Shown: positions 1-9,947, counted from the stretch's first letter. The stretch is DNA of 64,000 bases from Armatimonadota bacterium (GCA_016235455.1 JACRKZ010000032.1:1-64000), one strand, 5' to 3'. Numbers and translations are program-made. The notes: generated by a model not told the origin, from the letters alone.

Positions 1-18
1 CCCCACTACACTTCGCCC

Positions 19-1224
19 ATGCCGTCACCAACGATCAACCACGAGAAGGCCATTGCCCGCGACTGGGCCCTGCTCAGCGGCCTGACCTTCTGCTTCGCCT
101 GCGGGTTCGCCGTGTACAACGGCATCTTCGCCAACTTCATCCGCGAAGACCTGGGCGTCGGGCCGAGCCAACTCGGCTGGCTGGAGTCACTGCGCGAGGT
201 GCCCGGCCTGCTCACCGCGTTCACCGCCGGCACGCTGGTGGTGCTGGCCGAGACGCGGCTGTCGTTCCTGGCCATCGCGGTCTGCGCGCTGGGCGTGGGC
301 ATCACCGGCTATGCCTGGAACTTCCACTCACTGGTGGCCATCGTCGTGCTGTGGTCGGTGGGTGGGCACATCTGGTTCTCGCTGTCGCCGGCCATCATCA
401 TGACGCTGGGCCAAGGGCAGGATTCGGGTCGCCACCTGGGCCGCATGGGCTCGGTCGGCGCACTCGGCACGCTGCTCACGCTCGGGCTGACCGTCGGCTT
501 CAGCCAGTGGTACAAGACGGCCCATCCCGGTGGGCACATGCCCTACCGCACGCTGTTCCTCATCGCCGGCGGAATGATGTTCGTCGGCGCGCTGCTGGCT
601 CTGCGCATCTCGCATCGCGCCTGCACCCAGGGCGAACGCGAGCGGCTGGTATGGCGCGGCGAGTACCGCCTGTACTACCTGCTGACCTTCCTCGAAGGCT
701 GTCGGCGGCAGATCTTCACCACGTTCGCCCCGTTCGTGCTGATCGTCGTGTTCCACACGCCCGTGCAGACCATGCTGATGCTGGCCTTTGTCAACGCGGC
801 CGTGTCCATGGTCTGCGCGCCGCTGGTCGGCCGGTGGATCGACCGCTGCGGCGAGCGGTATGCGCTGACGCTCTACAACCTGTGCCTGATCGCGGTGTTC
901 TGCGGCTACGCATGGTTCCTCGACGTGCGCATCCTCTACGGCCTGTTCGTGCTGGACAACCTGCTGTTCAGCTTCGGCCTGGGCATCACGCTGTACCTCA
1001 ACCGCATCGTCCGGCCCGGCGACCTGACGCCCAGCCTGGCCATGGGCACCACCATGAACCATGTCGCCGCCGTGCTCGTGCCGGTCACCGGCGGGATCCT
1101 GTGGAAGACCATGGACAACTACCGCATCCCGTTCTGGATCGGCATCGCTGTGGTCATCTGGTCGCTGCTGGCCGTGCGGCGGCTGCCGGGCGGCGAGATC
1201 ACCGGCCCAGTTGGCGAGCGATGA
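19..1224 (+). CDS. MFS transporter
   Basis: 401 aa, about 12 hydrophobic segments, MFS motif-A-like GRWIDRCGER in the C-terminal half; TACACT 6 nt upstream of the ATG. Confidence 0.85.
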   Translation: MPSPTINHEKAIARDWALLSGLTFCFACGFAVYNGIFANFIREDLGVGPSQLGWLESLREVPGLLTAFTAGTLVVLAETRLSFLAIAVCALGVGITGYAWNFHSLVAIVVLWSVGGHIWFSLSPAIIMTLGQGQDSGRHLGRMGSVGALGTLLTLGLTVGFSQWYKTAHPGGHMPYRTLFLIAGGMMFVGALLALRISHRACTQGERERLVWRGEYRLYYLLTFLEGCRRQIFTTFAPFVLIVVFHTPVQTMLMLAFVNAAVSMVCAPLVGRWIDRCGERYALTLYNLCLIAVFCGYAWFLDVRILYGLFVLDNLLFSFGLGITLYLNRIVRPGDLTPSLAMGTTMNHVAAVLVPVTGGILWKTMDNYRIPFWIGIAVVIWSLLAVRRLPGGEITGPVGER

Positions 1225-2445
1225 CCCGACCAAACTCACGCGCCGAGTCGTAGTTCTCGGCGGTGATGATCCGGCCGTCCACCACCACGTCGTCGTCGGC
1301 GATGGCCGGGTTGCCCATCGAGCGGCCTCGCACCATCGTCGCGCCGGCCAGGCGCTCCACCTGCATGCGCACCGTGGCCTGGTTGTCCGCATAGTGTGTG
1401 CCTTGGTAGGTGGAGCCGGGCGATCCGCCGTCGTAGGCCGAGACGGTCCGGCCCGCAATGGGACTGCGGCCATCGACCCGCGCCCAGGCCAGCACAGTCA
1501 CGCCGTGGCAGATGGCGGCCAGCACCTTGTCGCCGCGTACCGCCTCCTCGACCAGCCGACCGGCCGCTTGGCGCACCGCTGCCGGGACGTTGAAGGCGGG
1601 GTTGTCGAACACGCCGGTATAGGTAGGCTCATACATCACCGCGCCCCACCCGCCCACGAAGCCGACGGCGTCGTAGTCGGCCATGCGCGCGTCGGTGATG
1701 GCCAGGTCGGGCATCACCAACCCGCCGTCGGCGCCCTGGCCGGAGTTGGCATGCGGGCGGCAGGTGTCACGCCGTGCCGCGGCCACCGTCACCGTGACGC
1801 CGGCCTCCTCCAGCGAGCGCCGCGTATCGCCATACTCGCGGTAGTAGAAGTCCTGGTTGGCGATAACCAGCAGCACGCGCCGAGCGGCGGTCGGTGCCGT
1901 GGTCGGCGTCGCCGCGAGGGCCGCGGCGCGTGGCAGGCCGTTGACGATGGCCTGCACCAGTGCGGCCGGCGAGTTCCAGTCCCGGCCGGTGACCAGCCCC
2001 ACCTCGCTGACGGCGGGCTGATCGACGATGGTGGCGCCCGCGGCGGTGACCCCACGACGAGCTTGCCCAGCGCCGCCGACGCGCCGACCAGGGCCCGCGC
2101 GGCACGGTTGAACGGCGTGTCGGTGGTCAGGTCCAGCAACCCTAGTCCAGTCGCGCCAAGCACCACCACGCCGTCGAACTGGTCGTAGGCCAGGTCGGCA
2201 ATGGCCACGTCGGGCGTCACCGACGTACCGCCACCTTGGGGGTCGGGCTGGCACGGGTCAGTGGTCAACGCAGCCACGGTCACCTTGACGCCGGAGGCTT
2301 CGAGCAAGCGTCGGACCGGCGCGTACTCGGCGTGCCAGAAGTCGCGCGCGGTGAGCACCAGCACGACCCGCGACGGCGGCGCCGGCTGGGCGCTGACGGC
2401 GCCCAGGCCGATGAGGATGACGGCCAGGTGGCAGGCGTAACGCAT
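1199..2445 (-). pseudogene. Secreted tandem DJ-1/PfpI-family protein, frameshifted near 2050
   Basis: ORF 1789..2445 gives a signal peptide and PfpI domain 1 (DFWHAEY...DGVVVLGA...GKLVVG). ORF 1199..2254 continues in another frame (VTAAGATIVDQ...) with a complete domain 2 (DFYYREY, FVGGWG, AAICHG, VVVDGRIITA). Confidence 0.75.
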
Positions 2446-2537
2446 CGGTAGCTCCTCGTAGCGAGCATTGTGTGGCGCGACGGGCGGCGAGGCAGGATCG
2501 CCGCGGCAGAGAGCGAAGCGGCCAACGGGAGACCACG

Positions 2538-3692
2538 ATGCGCCTATTGCTCGCCGTGTTGGCCGTCCTGCCCCTGTCCGCCGCCGAACTGGCCGTCAGC
2601 ACCACGCCCCAGCTCACCGCGGCCATCGCGCGCGCCCAGCCAGGCGACGAGATCGTGCTCGCGCCGGGCGACTATGAGCCTGGTGTGCGCGCGGCCGGGC
2701 TGCGCGGCACCGAGGGCCAGCCGATCACGCTGCGCGGCCGCGACCAGGCTCGTCCTCCGCTGTTTCGCGGCGGTAGCGTGGCCCTCCATCTCAGCGATCC
2801 GGCGTGGGTCACGCTGCAGGATATCGCCGTGGAGTCCATGCGCGACGGCGGGCTCAACATCGACGACGGCGGCAGCGCCGACACCCCGGCCCACCATGTC
2901 ACGCTGCGCCGCGTCACCGTGCGCGATGTCGGCCCCACGGGCAACCGCGACGGCATCAAGCTGTCGGGAATCGACGACTTCACGGTCGAAGGCTGCCTTG
3001 TGGAGCGCTGGGGCAACAGCGGCTCGGCCATCGACATGGTCGGCTGCCACCGCGGGCTCATCGTCGGCTGCACCTTCCGCGAGGGGGCCAGCCCCAATGC
3101 CAGCGGTGTGCAGGCCAAGGGCGGCTCGGCCGACGTGACCATTCGCGCCTGCCTCTTCCAGCAGGCTGGCGGGCGGCCAGTCAACCTGGGCGGATCCACC
3201 GGGCCGGCCTTCTTCCGGCCAGCGGATGCCCCCCACGAGGCCAAGAACCTGACGGTCGAGGGCTGCCTGTTCCTCGGTGGGTTCGCGCCGCTCTGCTTCG
3301 TCGGCGTCGATGGCGCGGTGGTGCGCTGCAACACCATCGTCGACCCGGGCCGCTGGGCGCTGCGCATCCTTCAGGAGTCGACCGACCCACGGTTCACCAA
3401 GTGCCGCGCTGGCCGCGTGACCGACAACATCATCGTCTTCCACGCCGCGCAATGGGCGTCGGGCGGGGTCAACATCGGCGGCGGCACCGAGCCGGGCAGC
3501 TTCGTCTTCGAACGCAACCTGTGGTACTGCGTCGACCGCCCCGCGGCCAGCCGGCCGAGTCTGCCGTCAACCGAGACCGATGGCGTCTATGGCCAGGACC
3601 CGCGATTCCGCGACGCGGAGCAGGGCGACTACCGCGTGGCCGACGACGGGCCGGGCCAGGGCAAGGGCTTCGAGGCGCTGCCTGCACGCTGA
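2538..3692 (+). CDS. Secreted right-handed parallel beta-helix protein (pectin lyase-like fold)
   Basis: GGAG RBS, signal peptide MRLLLAVLAVLPLSA, AQPGDEIVLAPGDY start motif, PbH1-type repeats, DPRF...GDYR C-terminus. Confidence 0.8.
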   Translation: MRLLLAVLAVLPLSAAELAVSTTPQLTAAIARAQPGDEIVLAPGDYEPGVRAAGLRGTEGQPITLRGRDQARPPLFRGGSVALHLSDPAWVTLQDIAVESMRDGGLNIDDGGSADTPAHHVTLRRVTVRDVGPTGNRDGIKLSGIDDFTVEGCLVERWGNSGSAIDMVGCHRGLIVGCTFREGASPNASGVQAKGGSADVTIRACLFQQAGGRPVNLGGSTGPAFFRPADAPHEAKNLTVEGCLFLGGFAPLCFVGVDGAVVRCNTIVDPGRWALRILQESTDPRFTKCRAGRVTDNIIVFHAAQWASGGVNIGGGTEPGSFVFERNLWYCVDRPAASRPSLPSTETDGVYGQDPRFRDAEQGDYRVADDGPGQGKGFEALPAR

Positions 3693-3917
3693 GACACCGC
3701 GTGCGACACACCCGATGGTGCTGCGTGCCCCATACACGGCGTAGCACAAAGAACGCAGACAGACTGGCAGGTGACGCTGCCGCCGAACAGCATACTCGAC
3801 GCCTGGCAGATCGATCTTGGGCGGTCTGGCCGGCGACGCCTCGCCTGGGAGGGCGGACCTCCAGGTCTGCATTGCCCGACGGAAGCTCGTGAGATGCGTA
3901 CCAGGAGGGCGATCGCG

Positions 3918-6626
3918 ATGTGCAGGTGGACGAGGCTATGTGCCGTGATCCTGCTGGCCAGCGCCCGGCTGGCCGCCGCGCCGGCCGAGCCGGCGTCGGT
4001 CTCCGACACGCTGGTCGCGCAAGGCCTGGCCGACACCAGCGGCTGCGAGTACCGCTTCGTCGACGGCGGCGGCCGGCGCTATCAGGCCTGGGTGCCACCC
4101 ACCGGCTCCGGCCCGCTGCGCGCCATCGGCTGGGATGGCGTGGCCCGGCCGGTCGATGCCGTGCTCGGCGCGTCGCCACTCGTGGCCGACGCGGAGTACC
4201 TGGAAGCGGCCGCGGGCGAGCTGCCGACGTTCGACCTGGACGATGCAGAGCTCGGCCCGTGGCGCATCGTCGACCCGCGGGAGCCGCTCGACGTGCCGCA
4301 CTCCCCGCTGGCGGCGTGCCTCTTGTGGCGGGCTGGCCGGCCCGTGGAGGCCAACCGCGCCTGGGCCGCGTGGCAGGCCGGAGCATTCCAGCCCGCGAGC
4401 ATCGCGCCGCCGCCGACCGACGGCTACCTGACCGCGGCTCAGAGCTGGATCAGCGCGCTCTACCGCCGCGCCACCGACTGCCACGCGCGCGCCGACGACG
4501 CCGAGGCACTCGCCGCGCTGCGACTGCTGACGCGGGCCATGCCGCTGGTCGAGGCCGAAGCCAAGCGGCGCGGCCTGCGCCTTCCGGCCGCAGCGTTTGG
4601 GCTGCCCGTAGTCCGCGGCTACCTCGACGATCTGCCCGATGCGCCGGCCCTGCTGGCTGACCAGGAACGCCGCCTCCTGCCCGCGGCGGCGCCCGCCGAC
4701 CCCATTGAGGCACTCATCGCCGGCCTCGATGAGCTGACGCCGGACCGCGCCTGGCCCGACGATCCGGCGCGGCTCGGCGCGGGACCCGAGGCGCTCATGG
4801 CGCAGGGCACGGCCGCCGTGGAGCCGCTGCTCCGCTGCCTGGCCGACGACCAGCGGCTGACCCGCGGGTTCACGGTCAACTCACGGTTCCGCGGCCACCA
4901 GTACCCCGTGCCGGTCTGGTCGGTGGCCCATCGCCTGTTGGCGGCCATTCTCGACACCACCTTCGGCGAGCGCACCGGCGCGGGGCCGGAGGCCCGCGCG
5001 GCGCTGACCGAGCGCGCCACGACCTTCTGGCGCAAGTACGGCGGCCTGCCGCTGAGCGAACGCTGGTACCGCATCCTGGCCGACGACGCCGATCGTGCCG
5101 GCTGGCTGGAGGCGGCGGATCGCCTCACCCGCCGCGACGACCACGGCCGACTGGCCGGCGAGCCGCTGCGCGGCAAGCGCGGGCCGTCGGTGGCCGACCT
5201 GTTGACCCGCCGTATGCGCGAGTGCGCGCTGGGCGCGCGCACGCCCGACTGGAACGATCCGGCCGGCTACGGCTACCTGCTGGCGCTGGCGCTGGGCACC
5301 TGGCAGGGACCGGCCAGCCTGCCCGAACTGCGCTGGATGAGCAGCCGGCTGGCCGTCGTTGGCGGCTCGCCGGACAACCCGACCTACGATCTCCGCCTGG
5401 TGACGCTGTGCGAGAGGCGCGCCGCGCTCGGTGACGCGACCGCGCTGCCGGAGTACGCGAGCTGGGTCCAGCGCGTGGGCGTCCTGGCACAATGCCCCGT
5501 GCAGGCGTTCGAGCTGTTCTGGCGCCATCCCGACCACCCGGCGCTGGCCACCGCGTCGCGGCGGCTGTTCGAGGAGGCCAAGTCGCCCTGGAACCCGGCC
5601 ACGCAGCCGGCGCGTTGGCTGCTCGCCGCGCGCGACCCTGGCCAGGCTCCGCTGCTCGCGGTGCCGGCCTGGCGGCGGGGCTGGCTCGCGGCGCTGAGCA
5701 ACCGCGAGCAGAGCGACGGTGGCCGCATCTGCGACCAATTGGCGCACCTGCTGTCGAGCACCTGGGGCCTGCCGCCCTGCGATCTGGACTGGCCGCTCGA
5801 CCGGCGCGACCAGGCCGTGGCCGCCTGTGCCTCGGTCGTGCGCCGCTATGGGCCACGGTTCCGCGGCGTCGAGGTGCCCAACGCCTACCTGACGCGCGCC
5901 TGGCGCGCCGTGCTCGACCTGCCGCGGCTCGAGCGTCCCGCGGAGCAGGCCGATGTCGATGCCGGCCGCGCGGTCTTCGCCCTGGGCCACCAGCGCGCCA
6001 CGCGCGTCGTCGCACTGCCGGCCCAGCCAACCGGCGTGGTCTGGGTGCAGCCCGACGGCGCCGCCGGCCCGGGCCAGGCGCAGCAGGCCGAGGAGCGTCT
6101 GGAACGCGGCGGCTGGCGACGCTACATCGGCTACGTGGGCGAGTTGGGCATGGCCATGGTGCCGGCCGAGCAGATCGAGTACGCCGCACCGCCGAACGAA
6201 CACTGGACCAGCTTGGGCGGTGGCCTCGATGCCCGCCTGCTGGGGCCGGAGCCCGACCAGCCGACCAGCGTGACGCTGTGGCTGCGCAACCGCCGCGCGG
6301 TGCCCCTGCGCACGCACACCGTCTGGCTGCGCCCCACGGCCGAAGGGCTGGCCGGGCTGCGCCAGGGCATCGTGTTGCAGGTGACCGGCCGGCCGAGCAA
6401 CCCGCCGGCGCCGGTGCTGGAAGCACGGCGCGGCTTCCCCGATGCCGGTTGGCTGCGCGATCTGGCGCCGGGCGAGACGCTCAACGCCGGCCGGCTGGAC
6501 CTGCGCCGCGTGTATGGCGAGTTGGCGCCCGGCGTGTACAGCGTGCTGCTCGATGTGTCGGGCGTGACGGGCCGGTCGTTCGGCGCCGACCGGGTTTGGA
6601 CCAGGGTGACCGTGGCCGCACCGTGA
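3918..6626 (+). CDS. Large secreted hypothetical protein
   Basis: AGGAGG RBS before ATG 3918, signal peptide, ~900 aa open frame with GC3-biased codons; no family recognised. Confidence 0.75.
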   Translation: MCRWTRLCAVILLASARLAAAPAEPASVSDTLVAQGLADTSGCEYRFVDGGGRRYQAWVPPTGSGPLRAIGWDGVARPVDAVLGASPLVADAEYLEAAAGELPTFDLDDAELGPWRIVDPREPLDVPHSPLAACLLWRAGRPVEANRAWAAWQAGAFQPASIAPPPTDGYLTAAQSWISALYRRATDCHARADDAEALAALRLLTRAMPLVEAEAKRRGLRLPAAAFGLPVVRGYLDDLPDAPALLADQERRLLPAAAPADPIEALIAGLDELTPDRAWPDDPARLGAGPEALMAQGTAAVEPLLRCLADDQRLTRGFTVNSRFRGHQYPVPVWSVAHRLLAAILDTTFGERTGAGPEARAALTERATTFWRKYGGLPLSERWYRILADDADRAGWLEAADRLTRRDDHGRLAGEPLRGKRGPSVADLLTRRMRECALGARTPDWNDPAGYGYLLALALGTWQGPASLPELRWMSSRLAVVGGSPDNPTYDLRLVTLCERRAALGDATALPEYASWVQRVGVLAQCPVQAFELFWRHPDHPALATASRRLFEEAKSPWNPATQPARWLLAARDPGQAPLLAVPAWRRGWLAALSNREQSDGGRICDQLAHLLSSTWGLPPCDLDWPLDRRDQAVAACASVVRRYGPRFRGVEVPNAYLTRAWRAVLDLPRLERPAEQADVDAGRAVFALGHQRATRVVALPAQPTGVVWVQPDGAAGPGQAQQAEERLERGGWRRYIGYVGELGMAMVPAEQIEYAAPPNEHWTSLGGGLDARLLGPEPDQPTSVTLWLRNRRAVPLRTHTVWLRPTAEGLAGLRQGIVLQVTGRPSNPPAPVLEARRGFPDAGWLRDLAPGETLNAGRLDLRRVYGELAPGVYSVLLDVSGVTGRSFGADRVWTRVTVAAP

Positions 6627-6633
6627 GCCCCGC

Positions 6634-6663
6634 TTGACGGCGCACGTCAGCGGAGTCTACAGT
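6634..6663 (+). promoter_or_regulatory. Sigma70-type promoter
   Basis: TTGACG-18 nt-TACAGT upstream of a GGAG RBS and ATG 6693. Confidence 0.6.
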
Positions 6664-6692
6664 CGCTGCTGACGTACCCAGGGAGACCAGCC

Positions 6693-9050
6693 ATGGACGT
6701 ACGCTCACGGCGGCCGGCGGTCGCGATGCTCGCGCTGATGGCCTGCGCGGCTTGCGGCCTGGCGTTCCAGTCGTTCGAGTGGTGGGGTGGCGCCCAGCAC
6801 TACCGCCTGCTGCGCGAGGCGCTGGAGCCTTACGGGCTGCCCGAGCCGGCGTTGCTGGCACTGCGTGCCGGCGCAGACAGCCAGGACGGCATCGCCAGTG
6901 AGAAGTTCACCGCTTCGCCCCAGAACCACGCCGACGACAACGAGTTGGCCAAGACCAGGCAGTATGTGGCCGACCAGCTCGGCCGGGCCATGCTGTTCGC
7001 CGAGAAGGCCTGGGCCCGGCCCGATGCCGCGGACAAGCAGAGCGGTGTCTACAAGGTGTTGTTCCGCCTGGGCGAGGCACTGCACACCGCGCAGGACTTC
7101 TACTGCCACTCCAACTACGTCGAATACACGCTGGCCAAGAAGCTGCCGTTCGAGCCCGTCGACTGGGCCAGGATCCCACCCGAGGTGCGCAGCGGGCAGT
7201 TCTACTGGAGCAGCCTCACCGCCAACGAAGGTACGGCCATGTCCGCGCCGCCGGAGTTGCCGGTCGGGGTCGGGCTGGAGAAGGTGCGCGTACCCACCGC
7301 CGAGCTCGACCGGCTGGTCGAGCAGCGGCGCCGGCTCATCGAGCAACTGGGCGGCAAGTACCGCTTCCACAGCGATACCGAGTTCCGGGGCCGGCTGATC
7401 AACGGCAGCTACCAGGCCGCGCTGGACTACGTCACCGACGGGCGCGACCTGCTGCACTACGAACTGGCCAAGGACCACGACGCCTCGCTGCAGGGCCGCG
7501 TGCAGTCGCCGGGCGGCAACACGCTGTTTGCCCTGGCCGGCCGCCTGGCCATGCGCGACACCCAGCGTCAATGGCTGGCCTTCGAGACGCGCCTGCAGAC
7601 CGATGCGGAGCACGCCAGCCATGCGCCTTGGATCCTGGCCGCGCTCAAGGGCCGACCTCGACCCTTGGTCACCATCCAGCAGATCACCGTGCAGTCACCA
7701 GTCAAGCCGGGCGCCTTGCTGTCCGGCTCGGTGCGGCTTGAGGTGAGCGGTCTGACCGGGCTCACGGCCGACCCGACGGCGCCGATCCGGCGAGCCACGC
7801 GGCTCGGCGGCACGCTGGACAAGGGCTTCCAGCGGCGTGACCTGGCGGTGCCGGGCGACGGCGTGATCGACGTGCCGTTGGCGCAACTGGGCCTCAAGGC
7901 ACCCGACGAGGCAGGCCGCTTCACAGTGAAGCTCGAAGCCGCTCTGGAGGGCGACCCGCAGCCCGAGCACACCAGCCTCAAGAGCGCCGAGGCCGAGGCC
8001 CGCACCGACGCCGCCGCGCTGGGCGACCCAGGCTTCCCTTACGTGGACGACTTCTACGGCCCGGGCAAGTGGGTGCAGGGCGAGGACGAAGCACCCACCA
8101 AGCCCGGCGAGGCGCCGATCACCTGGGAAGGCAAGCAGTACGGTCTGGCCAAGTGGAGCCTGACCCCGACCACGTATGCCTACAGCGCGCACGCCAAGAA
8201 CGGCGCCGGCCAGCCCACCGAGGATTTCGAGGCCACCTGGACCTTCGATCGGCCGCCGGCGGTCATTCTGCCGGGCCAGGAGGTGGTGCTGCGCGCCCAT
8301 GGCACGGCCAACTCGGGCAACCGCACGCCCTACTGGTTCATGGGCACCTTCAGCGTCGACGGCATGGGCGACGAGTACCCCAAGCCGACGGTCACCGCCG
8401 GTCTGGTCGGGCTCGATGAGAAACGCCGGATCGGCTGGAATGCCGCGGCCGATTCCGAGTTGCGCTTCCGCATGCCCGGCCGGCGCGGCACCAACGGCTG
8501 GCTGACCATCGACGCCGGCATCCTGTACGACTTCGTCCAGGGCCTGCCGGGCGGGCGCGTCTACTACCTCCACTACCGCTGGCAGAAGCTCGAGCCCGGC
8601 GAGTTGCCGCGCCTGGCCACGACGCCACCGACCACGCCGCCCACCACCACCACGGCGCCGCCGACCAGGCCGCCCGCCGCGACCGAGGCCGACCGCAAGC
8701 AGGCCGCGGAGCACCTGCGGCGCGGGAGCGACCTGGCCGACGACGAGAAGTGGGCCGCCGCCGAAGCCGAGTACCGTGCCGCGGTGAAGCTCGATCCCGC
8801 CATGGACGATGCCTGGTCGGCGCTGGGCGAAGCACTGGGCGAACAACGCCGCTGGGCCGACGCGGTCGGCGCCTACCGTCAGGCGGTGGCTCTGTCGCCG
8901 CAGGACGCTGAGTACCGTGGCGACCTGGCCTGGGCCCTGCTCCGCGCCGGCCGCCGCGCTGACGCGGTCACCGAGGCCCGCGAGGCGCTACGGCTCGGGT
9001 TGAAGGACCATCAGGTGCTCGACGAACTCAAGCTCAAGCGCGCCCCTTGA
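6693..9050 (+). CDS. Secreted HET-C/VWA7-N-like (Zn phospholipase C/P1 nuclease fold) protein with C-terminal TPRs
   Basis: Signal peptide; motif LGEALHTAQDFYCHSNYVE plus NHAD and LAKD; Pro/Thr linker; three TPR-like repeats at the C-terminus. Confidence 0.7.
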   Translation: MDVRSRRPAVAMLALMACAACGLAFQSFEWWGGAQHYRLLREALEPYGLPEPALLALRAGADSQDGIASEKFTASPQNHADDNELAKTRQYVADQLGRAMLFAEKAWARPDAADKQSGVYKVLFRLGEALHTAQDFYCHSNYVEYTLAKKLPFEPVDWARIPPEVRSGQFYWSSLTANEGTAMSAPPELPVGVGLEKVRVPTAELDRLVEQRRRLIEQLGGKYRFHSDTEFRGRLINGSYQAALDYVTDGRDLLHYELAKDHDASLQGRVQSPGGNTLFALAGRLAMRDTQRQWLAFETRLQTDAEHASHAPWILAALKGRPRPLVTIQQITVQSPVKPGALLSGSVRLEVSGLTGLTADPTAPIRRATRLGGTLDKGFQRRDLAVPGDGVIDVPLAQLGLKAPDEAGRFTVKLEAALEGDPQPEHTSLKSAEAEARTDAAALGDPGFPYVDDFYGPGKWVQGEDEAPTKPGEAPITWEGKQYGLAKWSLTPTTYAYSAHAKNGAGQPTEDFEATWTFDRPPAVILPGQEVVLRAHGTANSGNRTPYWFMGTFSVDGMGDEYPKPTVTAGLVGLDEKRRIGWNAAADSELRFRMPGRRGTNGWLTIDAGILYDFVQGLPGGRVYYLHYRWQKLEPGELPRLATTPPTTPPTTTTAPPTRPPAATEADRKQAAEHLRRGSDLADDEKWAAAEAEYRAAVKLDPAMDDAWSALGEALGEQRRWADAVGAYRQAVALSPQDAEYRGDLAWALLRAGRRADAVTEAREALRLGLKDHQVLDELKLKRAP

Positions 9051-9082
9051 CCAGGAACGCATGTTTGCACTAGACTCGACGC

Positions 9083-9844
9083 ATGGGACAGCACAGTGCC
9101 ATCGAGTGGACACACGCTACCTGGAACCCGGTCACCGGCTGCAGCCCGCACAGCGCCGGCTGCGCGCACTGCTATGCCCAGCCCATCGCGCTGCGGTTGC
9201 AGGCCGATGGGCAGCCCAACTACCGGCGCGGGTTCGAGGTGACCACCCAGCCGCAACTGCTCGACCAGCCGCTGCACTGGCGACGGCCGCGGTGGGTGTT
9301 CGTCTGCTCCATGGCCGACCTGTTCCACCATAGCGTGCCTGAGTCGTTCATCGCGTCTGTGTTCGAGACCATGCGGTCCGCCGAGCAGCATGTGTTCCAG
9401 GTCCTGACCAAGCGTGCCGAGCGGCTGGCTGAACTGGCGCCGAAGCTGCCCTGGCCGGCGCACATCTGGGCCGGAGTTACCATCGAACGCCGGGACTACG
9501 CCTACCGCGCCGACCTGCTGCGCGCCGTGCCGGCGGCGGTGCGCTGGCTGTCGTGCGAGCCGCTGCTGGGGCCGTTGCCCGACCTCGATCTGACTGGCAT
9601 CGACTGGGTCGTGGCCGGTGGGGAGAGCGGGCCACGGGCGCGGCCCATGGCGCTGGATTGGGCGCGTGGGCTGCGCGACCAGAGCGCCGCGGCGGGTGCC
9701 TCGTACTGGCTCAAGCAGCTCGGCGGCTGGCCCGACAAGCGCGGTGGCGAGCAGGCCCGGCTCGACGGTCGGCTGCACACACAGCGGCCGGAGCCGGTGC
9801 GGACCAGACAGCTCGCGCTACCGGGCTTCGACTTCAGCGATTGA
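9083..9844 (+). CDS. DUF5131 (phage Gp37/Gp68-like) protein
   Basis: SAIEWTHATWNPVTGC-x6-C-x2-CYA, FVCSMADLFH, FQVLTKR, LSCEPLLG, DWVVAGGESG. Confidence 0.9.
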   Translation: MGQHSAIEWTHATWNPVTGCSPHSAGCAHCYAQPIALRLQADGQPNYRRGFEVTTQPQLLDQPLHWRRPRWVFVCSMADLFHHSVPESFIASVFETMRSAEQHVFQVLTKRAERLAELAPKLPWPAHIWAGVTIERRDYAYRADLLRAVPAAVRWLSCEPLLGPLPDLDLTGIDWVVAGGESGPRARPMALDWARGLRDQSAAAGASYWLKQLGGWPDKRGGEQARLDGRLHTQRPEPVRTRQLALPGFDFSD

Positions 9845-9870
9845 CAACGATATCAGACTCCACCTACAGT
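9841..9870 (+). promoter_or_regulatory. Sigma70-type promoter for the DUF1097 gene
   Basis: TTGACA-18 nt-TACAGT; the -35 overlaps the DUF5131 stop codon. Confidence 0.65.
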
Positions 9871-9947
9871 GCGCGCACCGGGTCCACACGCGCCGCGAGG
9901 GTCGACACAGCCCTGGCTCGACAACGGCCCCCGGGTTGGAGTGAGGG

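Noticed and set aside
3693-3917. Intergenic region sharing TACACGGCGT with the reverse complement of the 24367-24487 element
   Set aside because: A 10-nt match without further extension is compatible with chance
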